DNA of 64,000 nucleotides from Acidobacteriota bacterium (GCA_965217775.1 CBDCJH010000002.1:3136001-3200000); one strand, 5' to 3'; positions 1 through 9,426 are shown, counted from the first letter of the stretch. Numbers and translations: made by a program. Notes: a model not told the origin generated them from the letters alone.

Positions 1-356
1 GTCCGGTCACGGTCGCGGGCCTGCTCTCTCTGATGCCGGAACTGGGACAGATCGACTCCAAGGCGGTGGCCAGCTTGGCCGGTCTGGCGCCGGTGGCTCG
101 GGAGTCGGGGACCTGGAAGGGACGTCGCTTCATCCGCGGGGGCCGGCATCGGGTGCGGCGGATGCTGTATATGGCCGCCCTCACCGCCATTCGACACAAT
201 CCGGACTACATCCAGAAGTATCGCCAGCTGCGTGAGCGGGGCAAGGCGCCGAAGGTGGCGCTCACGGCGATCATGCGCAAGATGGTGATTTTGGCCAACG
301 TCCTGCTGAGCCAGGATCGGGTGTGGACACCGCGGCCAGTCAGGGCGGTCGGATGA
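1..356 (+). CDS. IS110-family transposase, C-terminal part (5' truncated by window edge)
   Basis: MPELG...ASLAGLAPVARESGTWKGRRFIRGGR...LYMAALTAIRHNP...GKAPKVALTAIMRK is the typical IS110 Transposase_20 C-terminal region with the SG motif; frame is open back to position 3. Confidence 0.93.
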   Translation, partial: PVTVAGLLSLMPELGQIDSKAVASLAGLAPVARESGTWKGRRFIRGGRHRVRRMLYMAALTAIRHNPDYIQKYRQLRERGKAPKVALTAIMRKMVILANVLLSQDRVWTPRPVRAVG

Positions 357-413
357 GTCTAACCAGGGAGGAAACAATCCCTGGAAAATCGGAAGATTTG
401 CAACATGGATACT
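1..413 (+). mobile_element. IS110 element right end (short ~55 bp 3' non-coding end finishing ...CAACATGGATACT)
   Basis: Two small hairpins follow the stop (ccaggga..tccctgg 363-384; aaatc..gattt 386-399); sequence switches to MITE-A interior at CT 412-413; no TIR/TSD, as expected for IS110. Confidence 0.7.
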
Positions 414-482
414 CCCTCATCGCGCCTTGTCCGGCGGGCGCAGGAACGGTCTCGGTGCTCGCGGGACTTTCACCACGGACTG
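412..482 (+). mobile_element. MITE-A, right-hand 71 bp only (interrupted by IS110)
   Basis: Matches the 3' half of the copies at 7759, 12758 and 58503; ends in gactttcaccacggactg followed by TTAA. Confidence 0.9.
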
Positions 483-974
483 TTAACAGCGTACACGACT
501 GCCGCGGTGCCGACGGCGGAGGCAGCCGGCGACAAGGCCCTGGACGAATGGATTGGAACTTGGACGTCCCAGGTCGTATTCAAACCGGCTGCATGGTCGC
601 TGAAGCCCAGAAAAATATCAGGAACGTCGAAGGCCGAGTGGATTCTGCATAGCCGATACCAGCAGATCTCCAGCCGCGCCGGGGAGTATGAGACCCGCGA
701 ACTCCAGCGCTATGAACCGAAGAGCGGCAAGTATCACAAGTGGGTCTTTTCGTCTGACGGCTCGAACAGCTTCTGGATTGGCGCCTGGGACGCAGAGTCC
801 TCCACCATGACCTGGGAGTACGTCGACTTCGGCGCCGGCCTCAGGGGCAAGATCGTGGATCGCTTTTTCAGCGACGGGAAATACGAATCGAAACTGCTTA
901 TGGAGGACAGCACGGGCAACGTGCTCCTGGATGTCCGGTCCATACAGACTCCCGTCCAGAAACCCGCCGGGTAG
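483..974 (+). pseudogene. DUF1579-like secreted beta-barrel protein, 5' end cut off by MITE-A/IS110
   Basis: LDEWIGTW...GTSKAEWIL..RY...YEPKSGKYHKWVFSSDG...GAWD pattern; tail of a signal peptide (TAAVPTAEAA) directly follows the MITE; computed ORF 405-974 reads through the MITE. Confidence 0.55.
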
Positions 975-1013
975 TCCCCGTTCCGCTTCCGCAGCGGCTG
1001 GCCGTCGCCGCTG

Positions 1014-2114
1014 TCAGGCCACCCGATACGGTTCCAGTACTTCCCAATTCGGCTCCATGCCCAGTCCCGGGGTCTGGGGAACGCTCACGCAACCGTCGGC
1101 GTCCAGGGTCAGAGATTCCTTGAAGATCCGGCCGTGCAACGGGTTCACAGTCTCCCGGTAGAACTCCAGAATCAGGCCGTTGGGAATAGCGGCCACCAGA
1201 TGGATATGCACCTCCTGGGCGCCGTGGGGGGCGATGTGCAAGTCGTGCGCCGCGGCCAGGGAAGCCACGTTCATGAACTCGGTGATTCCGCCCAGGATCT
1301 GGGCGTCGGCGTTGAGAATGGACGCCGAACCGTGCTGGATCAGATCCCGGAAGCCGTAGCGCGTGTATTCGTTCTCGCCCGTGGCCACGGGGATGGAGCT
1401 GGACTGGGCGACCCGGGCGTGTCCCTCGTAGTCGTCCGGCGCCACCGGCTCTTCGAACCAGAAGACGTCGTAGGGTTCCATCTTCCTGGCGATCTCCACC
1501 GCCTGGTAGGCCACATAGGCGTTGTTGGCGTCGACCATCAGCTTGACGTCGGGACCGATCGCCTCGCGCACCACGCGAACCCGCTCCACGTCCTGGTTGA
1601 TCTCCATTCCGCCGATCTTCATCTTCACCGCCCGGGCGCCCAACGCCAGGCTCTCCTCCATCTCCTGGGCCAGTTCCCGGAGGCCCTTCCCCTCCTCGTA
1701 GTAGCCGCCGGCGACATAGGTGGGGATTCGGTCCCGGAACCCTCCCAGAAGCTTGTGAACCGGCTTCCCGAGGGCCTTTCCCATCAGGTCCCAGAGGGCG
1801 ATGTCCACGGCACTGATGACCCAGGTCGTCAGCCCCCGGCGGCCCACGACCTTGGGCAGCCACATGTTCTCCCAGATCCGACGGTAATTGAACGGATCCT
1901 CTCCGATCAGGGCTTCCTTGAAATGTTCCACCAGTGCGATGGTCATGGGAGCCGACAAGCCGGGGCCTCCCGCCCAGCCGACACCGGTGAGCCCTTCATC
2001 GGTGTGCACGCGGACCAGATTCAGCCGTACCGTGGCATAGGTGTATTTGCCGTTGCTGATGGGCCGGGGACGCGGCCAGGAATAGCACTGTACGGTCACA
2101 TCGGTGATCTTCAT
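1014..2114 (-). CDS. Mandelate racemase/muconate lactonizing enzyme family (enolase superfamily)
   Basis: SAVDIALWDLMGKALG, KMK, MVDAN, WFEEP, ATGENE motifs. Confidence 0.92.
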   Translation of the reverse strand: MKITDVTVQCYSWPRPRPISNGKYTYATVRLNLVRVHTDEGLTGVGWAGGPGLSAPMTIALVEHFKEALIGEDPFNYRRIWENMWLPKVVGRRGLTTWVISAVDIALWDLMGKALGKPVHKLLGGFRDRIPTYVAGGYYEEGKGLRELAQEMEESLALGARAVKMKIGGMEINQDVERVRVVREAIGPDVKLMVDANNAYVAYQAVEIARKMEPYDVFWFEEPVAPDDYEGHARVAQSSSIPVATGENEYTRYGFRDLIQHGSASILNADAQILGGITEFMNVASLAAAHDLHIAPHGAQEVHIHLVAAIPNGLILEFYRETVNPLHGRIFKESLTLDADGCVSVPQTPGLGMEPNWEVLEPYRVA

Positions 2115-2352
2115 TTACGATGCTCCTTGCCCCGGCACCATAGCAGTCCGCACCGGAAGTCGCCACGGGCCGCCGACAGAGCCGGGGACTGCGGGCCATC
2201 GCCGGCTCCAGAGCTTCCATCCTCCCGGCGTGGGTATCTTTTTTCCCTGTCGGTTTCTCCCGGGGGCGGTGGTAGGATGCGTCGTTCGCCCGTGGTACGA
2301 TGATTTCCAATCGGCAAGGTAACGAAGATCTCAATATCGCACTGCCATCGAG

Positions 2353-3258
2353 ATGACCGCCCATTCGAGTCGACCCACCCGACGGCGTTTTCAGCGGGAA
2401 CTGGGAATGGCTCTGGCCGGCGGCGGTTGGATTCTTCCCCTGGCCTGCAGCGCACCGGAGAAGGAGTCCTCAACCGGTAGCGGCGGGAACGTCCCGCCGG
2501 CCTGCAACTTCCAGGTTTCCTTCATGACCTGGGACTTACCTCCCCCGGCCTACAGCGAGAAACACGACATTCCCTTCGGGAACATGGCCCGCATCCAGTT
2601 GGACGCCATGATCGACGTCATCGACGATTCCAGCGGTGGCAGCGAGCGTTTCATTCTGATCCAGCCCTGCCGGACCGAGCGTGTCTACAAGGAAGACCGT
2701 CTCTTCCAGATCCCCAGCGCCGAGTACCGCGTGATCTATTCCCTGGATCGGCGCCGGAGCGTCGGAAAGGGGATGACCTACCGGGGAGGAAGGTCGGTCG
2801 GAAGTTTGGTCAAAGACAAATTTCGGTCCCTCGTCATCGACGTGGTGACCTTTCCGAACACGCGAGTGCTCCGAACGCCCGCCGAGGTCAATGAGGCGAC
2901 CGGGGCCAACCACCCCTTGGTGGGCCGCACCGAAATCAAGGACCCTCAGCGTCCGCTGAGGTACGTCATCGAATATCCCGTCAAGACCATGAACTTCATG
3001 CCCAAGGACAACTCCTACCAGATCGATACGGGACCGCTCCTGGTCCCCGATTTCGATTTGGAAAAGGAGTCGGCCATCGATCGACTGGAGATGGCTCATG
3101 TCGCGTTCAACCACAAAGCTCCGGACCTGGCCGAGTTCATCCTTCGGCAGCCCACGCCGGTCATGGACGAAACCGGCCGGGAGCTCTGCCGGGTTCTCCA
3201 TTACTCCAAGGTCCGTGTCCACTCGGCCCGCAATACCCTGCTGGCCGGGACAGCCTAG
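2353..3258 (+). CDS. Tat-exported lipoprotein of unknown function (paralog 1)
   Basis: TRRRFQ twin-arginine motif, lipobox LPLAC; closely similar to 6511-7410. Confidence 0.75.
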   Translation: MTAHSSRPTRRRFQRELGMALAGGGWILPLACSAPEKESSTGSGGNVPPACNFQVSFMTWDLPPPAYSEKHDIPFGNMARIQLDAMIDVIDDSSGGSERFILIQPCRTERVYKEDRLFQIPSAEYRVIYSLDRRRSVGKGMTYRGGRSVGSLVKDKFRSLVIDVVTFPNTRVLRTPAEVNEATGANHPLVGRTEIKDPQRPLRYVIEYPVKTMNFMPKDNSYQIDTGPLLVPDFDLEKESAIDRLEMAHVAFNHKAPDLAEFILRQPTPVMDETGRELCRVLHYSKVRVHSARNTLLAGTA

Positions 3259-3284
3259 TCGACTTCACTCGGGAGATTCGCATC

Positions 3285-6200
3285 ATGTTGAGCAAAAGTC
3301 CTTTCCCTTCCTCCTCTCTTCCCCGCTTATGTTGCACTTTGCGCCGCCTGGGTATCGCAGCGGCGGTTCTGCTGGCGGGCGCCGTCCTGCTACCCGCCCA
3401 GACCGACACCGGCACCATCCGAGGCTACGTCTACGATGAGACCCGGGCCGTCCTCCCCGGCGTCAGCGTCACCGCGACCTACCAGGGCCGGGGCGTGGCC
3501 CGGGAAGCCCTCACTTCGGATCTCGGCGAATACGTCCTGAGCCGGGTCGATCCCGGCCTCTACACGCTCCGCTTCGAGCTGCCGGGGTTCGCTCCCTACG
3601 TGGTCCAGGATCTGCGGGTTCTGGTCGGAGAGACCCAGACCTTCTCTCCGGAGATCGTGGTGGCCGCCGAGGCCATCGTCATCACCGCGGAAGCGACCCG
3701 GACGGTGATCGCCCGCGACAAGACCCAGCAGTCCAACCACATCGATTCCACCAGCATCGAGGACCTTCCCATCAACCGCCGCGACTACCTGGATCTGGCG
3801 CTTCTGACTCCTGGAGTGGTGGACTCGAACTACGTGGCGGATGACCGCGACTTCCGCATCGCCCCGACTCCGGCGTCCGGACTCGGCATCGGCGGCGGCG
3901 GCGGGCGCGGCAACACCTTCACCATCGACGGCCTGAACAACAACTACGGCACCGGCGCCGTTCGGTCCTCCATCACCCAGGAGGCGGTGCAGGAGTTTCA
4001 GATCAACCGCAATTCGTTCTCCGCCGAACTGGGCGGCGCGCCCGGTGGCGCCATCAACATCGTCACCAAGGGGGGGACCAACGAATTTCGAGGGTCCATC
4101 TTCGGAGTGCTCCGCAACCGCCACTTCCAGTCCCGCAACTACTTCGATCCGTCCGAGTCGGCCTACACCCGGGCCCAGAGCGGGGGGTCCTTCGGCGGCC
4201 CCATCCTGCGCGACAGGACGTTTTTCTTCACGGCCTACGAACGCCTCGACCGTCACGAGTCGTCGTTCGTACCCCTGCTCCAGGACAGGTCGTTTCTCTA
4301 TGAGCTGAAGCCCTCGCAGAAGGCCCTGGCCGATTTGCTCACCAGTCCCGCCGCTCCGCCCTTTCTGGTCCCGGCGGCAAAGCAACTCGTCCAAGCCTTG
4401 ATTCCGGGAAACCATCCCCACGTGGTCCAACTGTTCGAGAGCAACAGCGGAGTCTTCCCCTTCTCGGAAGAACGGCAGCAATTCATCGCCCGCGTCGACC
4501 ATGCGGTGGGGCCCGGACACAATCTCTTCTTCCGGGGAAACTGGACCGGACAGAACAGCCAGAACACCAACTTCGGTTCGCTGGTGGCCCGGAGCCGGGG
4601 ACGCGACAACGACGTGAACGATTTCACCATCGGATTGGGCAACAACTGGGTGATCAGTCCGGAATGGATCAGCGAAACCTGGTTGGGCGTCGGGTACCAC
4701 GACTTCGGCGTCTTCCCCACCGACCCGCACGGCCCCTCCATCGACATCAGCGGATACGGGAATTTCGGACGGGACTTCATCCTGCCGACCCGGAACGTCG
4801 AACGGATGGTCCAGGCACGGCAGAACTTCACCTACGTCTCCGGCGGCCATACGGTGAAGGTCGGTGCGGACGTCCATCCCTTCTACGACAGCGTCCGGTC
4901 CGAGACCTTCTTCAGCGGACGGTTCATCTTCGGCGAAGCGGTGCCCCTTTCGGTGCTGATCGACGGCGCGCTCGGGGCTCCCATTTCCCCGCTGATCAAG
5001 GGATTGCTGATTGGGGCCGGCAGGCCTCAGTTGGCGGAGGCCGTAGACGAACCCATCACCTCGCTCCAGGCCTATGCGCTGGGCCTCCCCATCGTCTACC
5101 AGCAGGGCTTCGGGAATCCCTACTGGCGCGGATGGGGGAACAACTACGGATTCTTTTTGGAGGATTCGTGGCGCGTCCACCCCAAATTCCTGCTGACTCT
5201 GGGGTTGCGCTACGAACTCTTTCGCAAGTCGGATTTCCCCCGGGACAACAACAACTTCGGACCGCGGATGGGATTTGCCTGGAGCCCTGACGCCAAGACT
5301 GTGGTGCGAGGCGGTTACGGGATCTTCCACGGCCGGATCGACGGTCAGATCACCTACATCCACGATCTGCTCTCGGACGAATCGCAGCAGATCTTTCAAG
5401 TCTTCGTCCCCCTGACCGGCATCCAGGGCTTCACCAGTGCGCTGACCGGACAGCCGCTCACCTCGGCGGAAATTTATCAGACGGCCTTGGCTCGGGGCAT
5501 CCTGGGCAAGCGGCAGATCCAGGCGGAGGATCTGGCCATCCACGGGCTCACTCCCATGCGAGACCTCCCTTTGCGCGTCGCGTTCTCGGTGGCCGACGAT
5601 TTGGTGAACCCCTACTCCCAGCAGGCAAGCCTCGAAATCCAGAGAGAGGCGAGGGGATTCTCCCTTTCGGCCGGCTACAACTTCAACCGCGGCGTTCACA
5701 TCGTCCGGCCCCTGGACATCAACATCTACCGGGCCGGAACCAATGCCGAGGGAAGGCCCATCGTCGGTTTTCGCAGGCCGGAAATCCTGCAGGACAACGT
5801 CTACGGCAGCTGGTCCAATTCCTTTTATCACGCCCTGGTCCTGCAACTGGAGAAGCGCATTTCGAACGGCTTCGTGATCTCGGCCCATCACACCTGGAGC
5901 AAGGCGATGGACGAGATGACCGACTACAACTCCTCGTTTCAACCGCATCAGCAATGGGATGCCGGGGCGGAATTGGCCCTCTCCTCCTACCACCGGGGAC
6001 ACCGATTCGTCGTCCGCACCCTGGCGAAACTCCCCTGGAAAGCCGGCCGGGGAAAGGGATTCGGACACAACGTGTTCGGCGATCTGACCCTTTCCGGCAT
6101 CCTCGCCGCGCGCTCGTTCGCCCCCTTCAACCTCAACGCTGGGCACGACAACGTGGGTGACCGTCACACCGACACCCACCGGCCTTTGGGCCTGGGACGC

Positions 6201-6476
6201 AACGTTGGGATCGGACCCAACTTTTTCAGCATCGACATGCGCGTGAAGCGCCGGATCTCCCTCATGGAGGACAAGAGCGTGGACATCGTCGTCGAGGCGT
6301 TCAACTTGCTCAACCGCACCAACTTCAAGCACGTCAACGGCGACGTGGGAACGCTTACGTTGGAAGAGCTTCCGTCCTCTTACAAGGGGCGCGTGGGCCC
6401 CGTAACGCAGCCGTTCTCGTACACCTCGGCATTCCCGCCGCGGCAAGTCCAGATCTCTCTACGTCTCAACTTCTGA
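3285..6476 (+). CDS. TonB-dependent receptor with N-terminal carboxypeptidase-regulatory-like domain
   Basis: QTDTGTIRG..D...AVLPGVSVTA, LPINRRDYLDLALLTPGV, EAVQEFQI...FSAELG, NNFGPRMGFAW, C-terminal RQVQISLRLNF. Confidence 0.93.
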   Translation: MLSKSPFPSSSLPRLCCTLRRLGIAAAVLLAGAVLLPAQTDTGTIRGYVYDETRAVLPGVSVTATYQGRGVAREALTSDLGEYVLSRVDPGLYTLRFELPGFAPYVVQDLRVLVGETQTFSPEIVVAAEAIVITAEATRTVIARDKTQQSNHIDSTSIEDLPINRRDYLDLALLTPGVVDSNYVADDRDFRIAPTPASGLGIGGGGGRGNTFTIDGLNNNYGTGAVRSSITQEAVQEFQINRNSFSAELGGAPGGAINIVTKGGTNEFRGSIFGVLRNRHFQSRNYFDPSESAYTRAQSGGSFGGPILRDRTFFFTAYERLDRHESSFVPLLQDRSFLYELKPSQKALADLLTSPAAPPFLVPAAKQLVQALIPGNHPHVVQLFESNSGVFPFSEERQQFIARVDHAVGPGHNLFFRGNWTGQNSQNTNFGSLVARSRGRDNDVNDFTIGLGNNWVISPEWISETWLGVGYHDFGVFPTDPHGPSIDISGYGNFGRDFILPTRNVERMVQARQNFTYVSGGHTVKVGADVHPFYDSVRSETFFSGRFIFGEAVPLSVLIDGALGAPISPLIKGLLIGAGRPQLAEAVDEPITSLQAYALGLPIVYQQGFGNPYWRGWGNNYGFFLEDSWRVHPKFLLTLGLRYELFRKSDFPRDNNNFGPRMGFAWSPDAKTVVRGGYGIFHGRIDGQITYIHDLLSDESQQIFQVFVPLTGIQGFTSALTGQPLTSAEIYQTALARGILGKRQIQAEDLAIHGLTPMRDLPLRVAFSVADDLVNPYSQQASLEIQREARGFSLSAGYNFNRGVHIVRPLDINIYRAGTNAEGRPIVGFRRPEILQDNVYGSWSNSFYHALVLQLEKRISNGFVISAHHTWSKAMDEMTDYNSSFQPHQQWDAGAELALSSYHRGHRFVVRTLAKLPWKAGRGKGFGHNVFGDLTLSGILAARSFAPFNLNAGHDNVGDRHTDTHRPLGLGRNVGIGPNFFSIDMRVKRRISLMEDKSVDIVVEAFNLLNRTNFKHVNGDVGTLTLEELPSSYKGRVGPVTQPFSYTSAFPPRQVQISLRLNF

Positions 6477-6510
6477 TTTGAGGAATCGCATCAATACTTA
6501 GGAAACCGAC

Positions 6511-7410
6511 ATGATGAATCGATCGACCCGCCGTCATTTTCAGGGACAGTTGGGAGCCGCCCTGGCCGGAGGCAGCTGGATTCTGCCCATAGCCTGCCAA
6601 GCGCCGGCCGAAGAGTCCGCATCGGGCTCCGACGAATCCGCCGCGAGGCCGGCTTGCGACTTCCAGGCCTCCTTCATGACCTGGGACTTCCCTAACCCCG
6701 GTTCCAACGAGAAGCACGACATTCCGCACGGAAACATGGCCCGCATCCAGGTGGACGCCATGATCGACGTGATCGACGACTCCAGCGGCGAAAGCGACCG
6801 GTTCGTCCTGATTCAACCCTGCCGGACCGAGCGGGTCTACAAGGAAGACCGGCTATTTCAGATCCCCAGCGGCGAATTTCGCGTGATCTATTCCCTGGAA
6901 GAGCATCGAAGCGTGGGCAAGGCGATGACCTACAAGGGCGGGGTCTCGAAGGGATCTGCGGTGAAGGACAACTTCCGTTCCCTGGTCATCGACGTGGTGA
7001 CCTTCCCCAAGACCCAGGCCCTGGGAACTCCCGCCGAGGTCAATGAGGCGACAGCGGCCAACCACCCGCTGGTGGGCCGCACCAAGATCGAGGACCCCGA
7101 GCTTCCATTGCGTTACGTCATCGAATACCCCATCAAGACCATGAACTTCATGCCCAAGGACAATTCCTACCAGATCGACACGGGGCCGCTCCTGGTCCCT
7201 GACTTCGATTTGGAAGCGAACTCGGCCATCGATCGCCTGGAGATGGCCCATGTCGCTTTCAATCACAAGCATCCGAACCTGGCCGAGTTCATACTGAGAA
7301 AGCCCACGCCGGTGACGGATGACTCCGGCAAGGAACTTTGCCAGATCCTCCACTACTCCAAGGTCCGGGTCGATTCGGCCCGTAATACGCTGCTGGCGGG
7401 CATGGCATAA
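6511..7410 (+). CDS. Tat-exported lipoprotein of unknown function (paralog 2)
   Basis: TRRHFQ motif, lipobox LPIAC; long identical stretches with 2353-3258. Confidence 0.75.
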   Translation: MMNRSTRRHFQGQLGAALAGGSWILPIACQAPAEESASGSDESAARPACDFQASFMTWDFPNPGSNEKHDIPHGNMARIQVDAMIDVIDDSSGESDRFVLIQPCRTERVYKEDRLFQIPSGEFRVIYSLEEHRSVGKAMTYKGGVSKGSAVKDNFRSLVIDVVTFPKTQALGTPAEVNEATAANHPLVGRTKIEDPELPLRYVIEYPIKTMNFMPKDNSYQIDTGPLLVPDFDLEANSAIDRLEMAHVAFNHKHPNLAEFILRKPTPVTDDSGKELCQILHYSKVRVDSARNTLLAGMA

Positions 7411-7595
7411 GATCTACAACTCCGTTGGGAATCTCGGATCAGGATTCAATACGAGGCCGCTCCCGCGCGATTCTTGCCTCGGTCAGTTCCTTTCGTCGCG
7501 CGGAAACCGTGCTCGTGCTAATCGCGAGTGCCGTCCTGCTGCGCGCCCAGACCGACACCGGAACCATCCGCGGCCACGTCTACGACCAGACCCGG

Positions 7596-7754
7596 GAGTC
7601 TGCGCGGTAGAAATGATCGTAGCGAGAAAGTGGGGAATCGAGGCCAGATTTTCTCGATTTGGAGGTGCATAGTTGTTCTATTCGCCGACAAATCGGGGAA
7701 ATATGGACCGATTCTACCGCTTTCGCAGTAGATCAATTTCTGCCGCGCAGGCTC
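7596..7754. mobile_element. MITE-B, 159 bp non-autonomous element forming a long hairpin
   Basis: TIR GAGTCTGCGCGGTAGAAAT vs reverse complement of right end GAGCCTGCGCGGCAGAAAT (17/19); nested internal inverted repeats; interrupts receptor codons. Confidence 0.75.
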
Positions 7755-7758
7755 CTAG

Positions 7759-7917
7759 CAGCCCGTGGCAAAAGTCGTCACGGCATTCGACCGTCCCTGC
7801 ATCCCGGCGGACTGCGTTGCTATCGGCTCACATACTCCCGGTATGCTCCCTCCGTTGCGCCTTGTCCGGCGGGCGCAGGAACGGTCTCGGTGCTCGCGAG
7901 ACTTTCACCACGGGCTG
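7759..7917 (+). mobile_element. MITE-A, 159 bp, TSD CTAG
   Basis: TIR cagcccgtggcaaaagtc / gactttcaccacgggctg (16/18); CTAG at 7755-7758 and 7918-7921. Confidence 0.93.
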
Positions 7918-8504
7918 CTAGGCCGTCCTCCCCGGGGTGACCGTCACCGCGCGTTCCTTCGCCCCTTTCAATCTCAATGCCGGCTACGACAACGTGGGCG
8001 ACCGCCACACCAACACCCATCGTCCCTGGGGCGTGGGCCGAAACGTCGGCCTCGGACCCGACTACTTTACCGTGGACATGCGTGTGAAGCGCCGATTCTC
8101 CCTGGTTGAGGACAAGACCTTGGATGTCGTCGTAGAAGGCTTCAACCTGCTCAGCCGCACCAATTTGAGGAAGGTCAACGGCACCGTCGGCACGCTCACC
8201 CTGGAAGAATTCCCGTCCTCATACGAGGGACGCCGCGGACCGGTGACGAAACCGTTCTCAAATACCTCGAGATTCCTGGGGAGGCAGTTCCAGGTTTCTC
8301 TCCGCATCAATTTCTGATCGCGGGGCCACGATCAAGCCCCAAATACCTGCTTTTCGGCATCGCCCCGGCGACCCGACGTCCGGGCTCGAGTTTGGTGGGC
8401 GCAAACTGAAACTCGGCGTGGCGTCGATCGTCGACCGGCCCCCCGACCGGACCGAATCACGAACTTGCCTAGTACATGCGGACCAACTTGGTTATTGTAT
8501 AGAG

Positions 8505-9356
8505 GTGACATCCAACCTGACCGTCGGTGACCGCGTCCGACATCCGACAAAAACTGAGTGGGGGATCGGTCAGGTCCTCTACACCGAGGGCTCCAAGGCG
8601 GGTGTGTTTTTCATTGAGACCGGCGCCAAGACCATGTCAATGAGCCATGTGTCCTTGACGATTCTGGATCCACCACCGAGCCACCCGTTGCTGGACGGCA
8701 TTGATCCGAAAGCGGCAGCCGGGGTTGCGTATCAGAGTGTCAACAAATCCATCGATGGATTTGTTGACCGATACCCAGGTGGTTTCCACGATGACCGGTA
8801 TCTGCATAAGGAACGCGACTACAAGGTCAAGGCCCACGAACTGGCCAAAACCATTTTGAACCGAGCTGAGTTGGACCGGCTTATGGAGACCCGGGCATTC
8901 GCAGACGTCTGCCGGTCCGCTTTGCAAGCGGTAAACAAGACGAACCTGATCTTCCCCAACGAGAAGAAGGCTCTGAGGGATGGTCTGAAACCGGCGAAAC
9001 GCGAGGAAAAATTTGCGGTGGCGCTGCACGCACTGCTTCACGGGGAGAAAGCGTTTCGGTTGCGGTTCCAGCGCTTCGCATCCGTGCTCAAAGAAGTGGG
9101 GGCTGCGAAATGGACGGTCGCCACCTACTTTCCCTTCCTGCTGTACCCCGATCGGCACCAGTTCATCAAACCCAAGTATTCGCAGAATGCCGCCCGCAAA
9201 TGCGCCTTCGACCTCAAGTACACGCCGAAGCTTACTTGGACTACTTACAGGCAGATGTTGCGGTTCTCCGACTATCTGAAGTCGGAGCTGGCAGTCCTTG
9301 AACCGCGGGACAATATCGACGTCCAGTCCTTCATGTGGGCGATCGCTCAAGGGTGA
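8505..9356 (+). CDS. DUF3553-domain protein with helical C-terminal domain
   Basis: N-terminal VGDRVRHPTKTEWGIGQV; C-terminal KWTVATYFPF...FIKP...DNIDVQSFMW; GTG at 8505 preferred over 8418. Confidence 0.7.
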   Translation: MTSNLTVGDRVRHPTKTEWGIGQVLYTEGSKAGVFFIETGAKTMSMSHVSLTILDPPPSHPLLDGIDPKAAAGVAYQSVNKSIDGFVDRYPGGFHDDRYLHKERDYKVKAHELAKTILNRAELDRLMETRAFADVCRSALQAVNKTNLIFPNEKKALRDGLKPAKREEKFAVALHALLHGEKAFRLRFQRFASVLKEVGAAKWTVATYFPFLLYPDRHQFIKPKYSQNAARKCAFDLKYTPKLTWTTYRQMLRFSDYLKSELAVLEPRDNIDVQSFMWAIAQG

Positions 9357-9426
9357 GCAACACAGACGGCACGCGACCGTCGCCTTGGGTTGCCATTGCT
9401 CTCTGCCGTTGTGGACCGACTGCGGG

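Larger units (their letters stand above)
7425..8317 (+). pseudogene. Second TonB-dependent receptor copy with ~2.6 kb in-frame internal deletion and 326 bp double-MITE insertion
   Basis: 7425-7595 = signal + AQTDTGTIRGHVYDQTR; 7922-7951 = AVLPGVTVTA; 7952-8317 = C-terminal RSFAPFNLNAG...SLRINF, all colinear with 3285-6476. Confidence 0.88.

Noticed and set aside
3390-6446. 1018 aa antisense ORF, and similar long shadow ORFs (16347, 26208, 29973, 43061 etc.)
   Set aside because: Mirror frames of real genes in high-GC DNA, with no recognisable motifs.
7759-7921. MITE-A as an in-frame protein-insertion element like Rickettsia palindromic elements
   Set aside because: Net insertion is 163 bp for the 159 bp copies, and no copy lies in frame inside an intact gene.
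8322-8341. GGGGC..GCCCC hairpin as a further copy of the islet motif
   Set aside because: It lacks the AGAAGGGGACAGT core and is more likely a simple post-stop hairpin.
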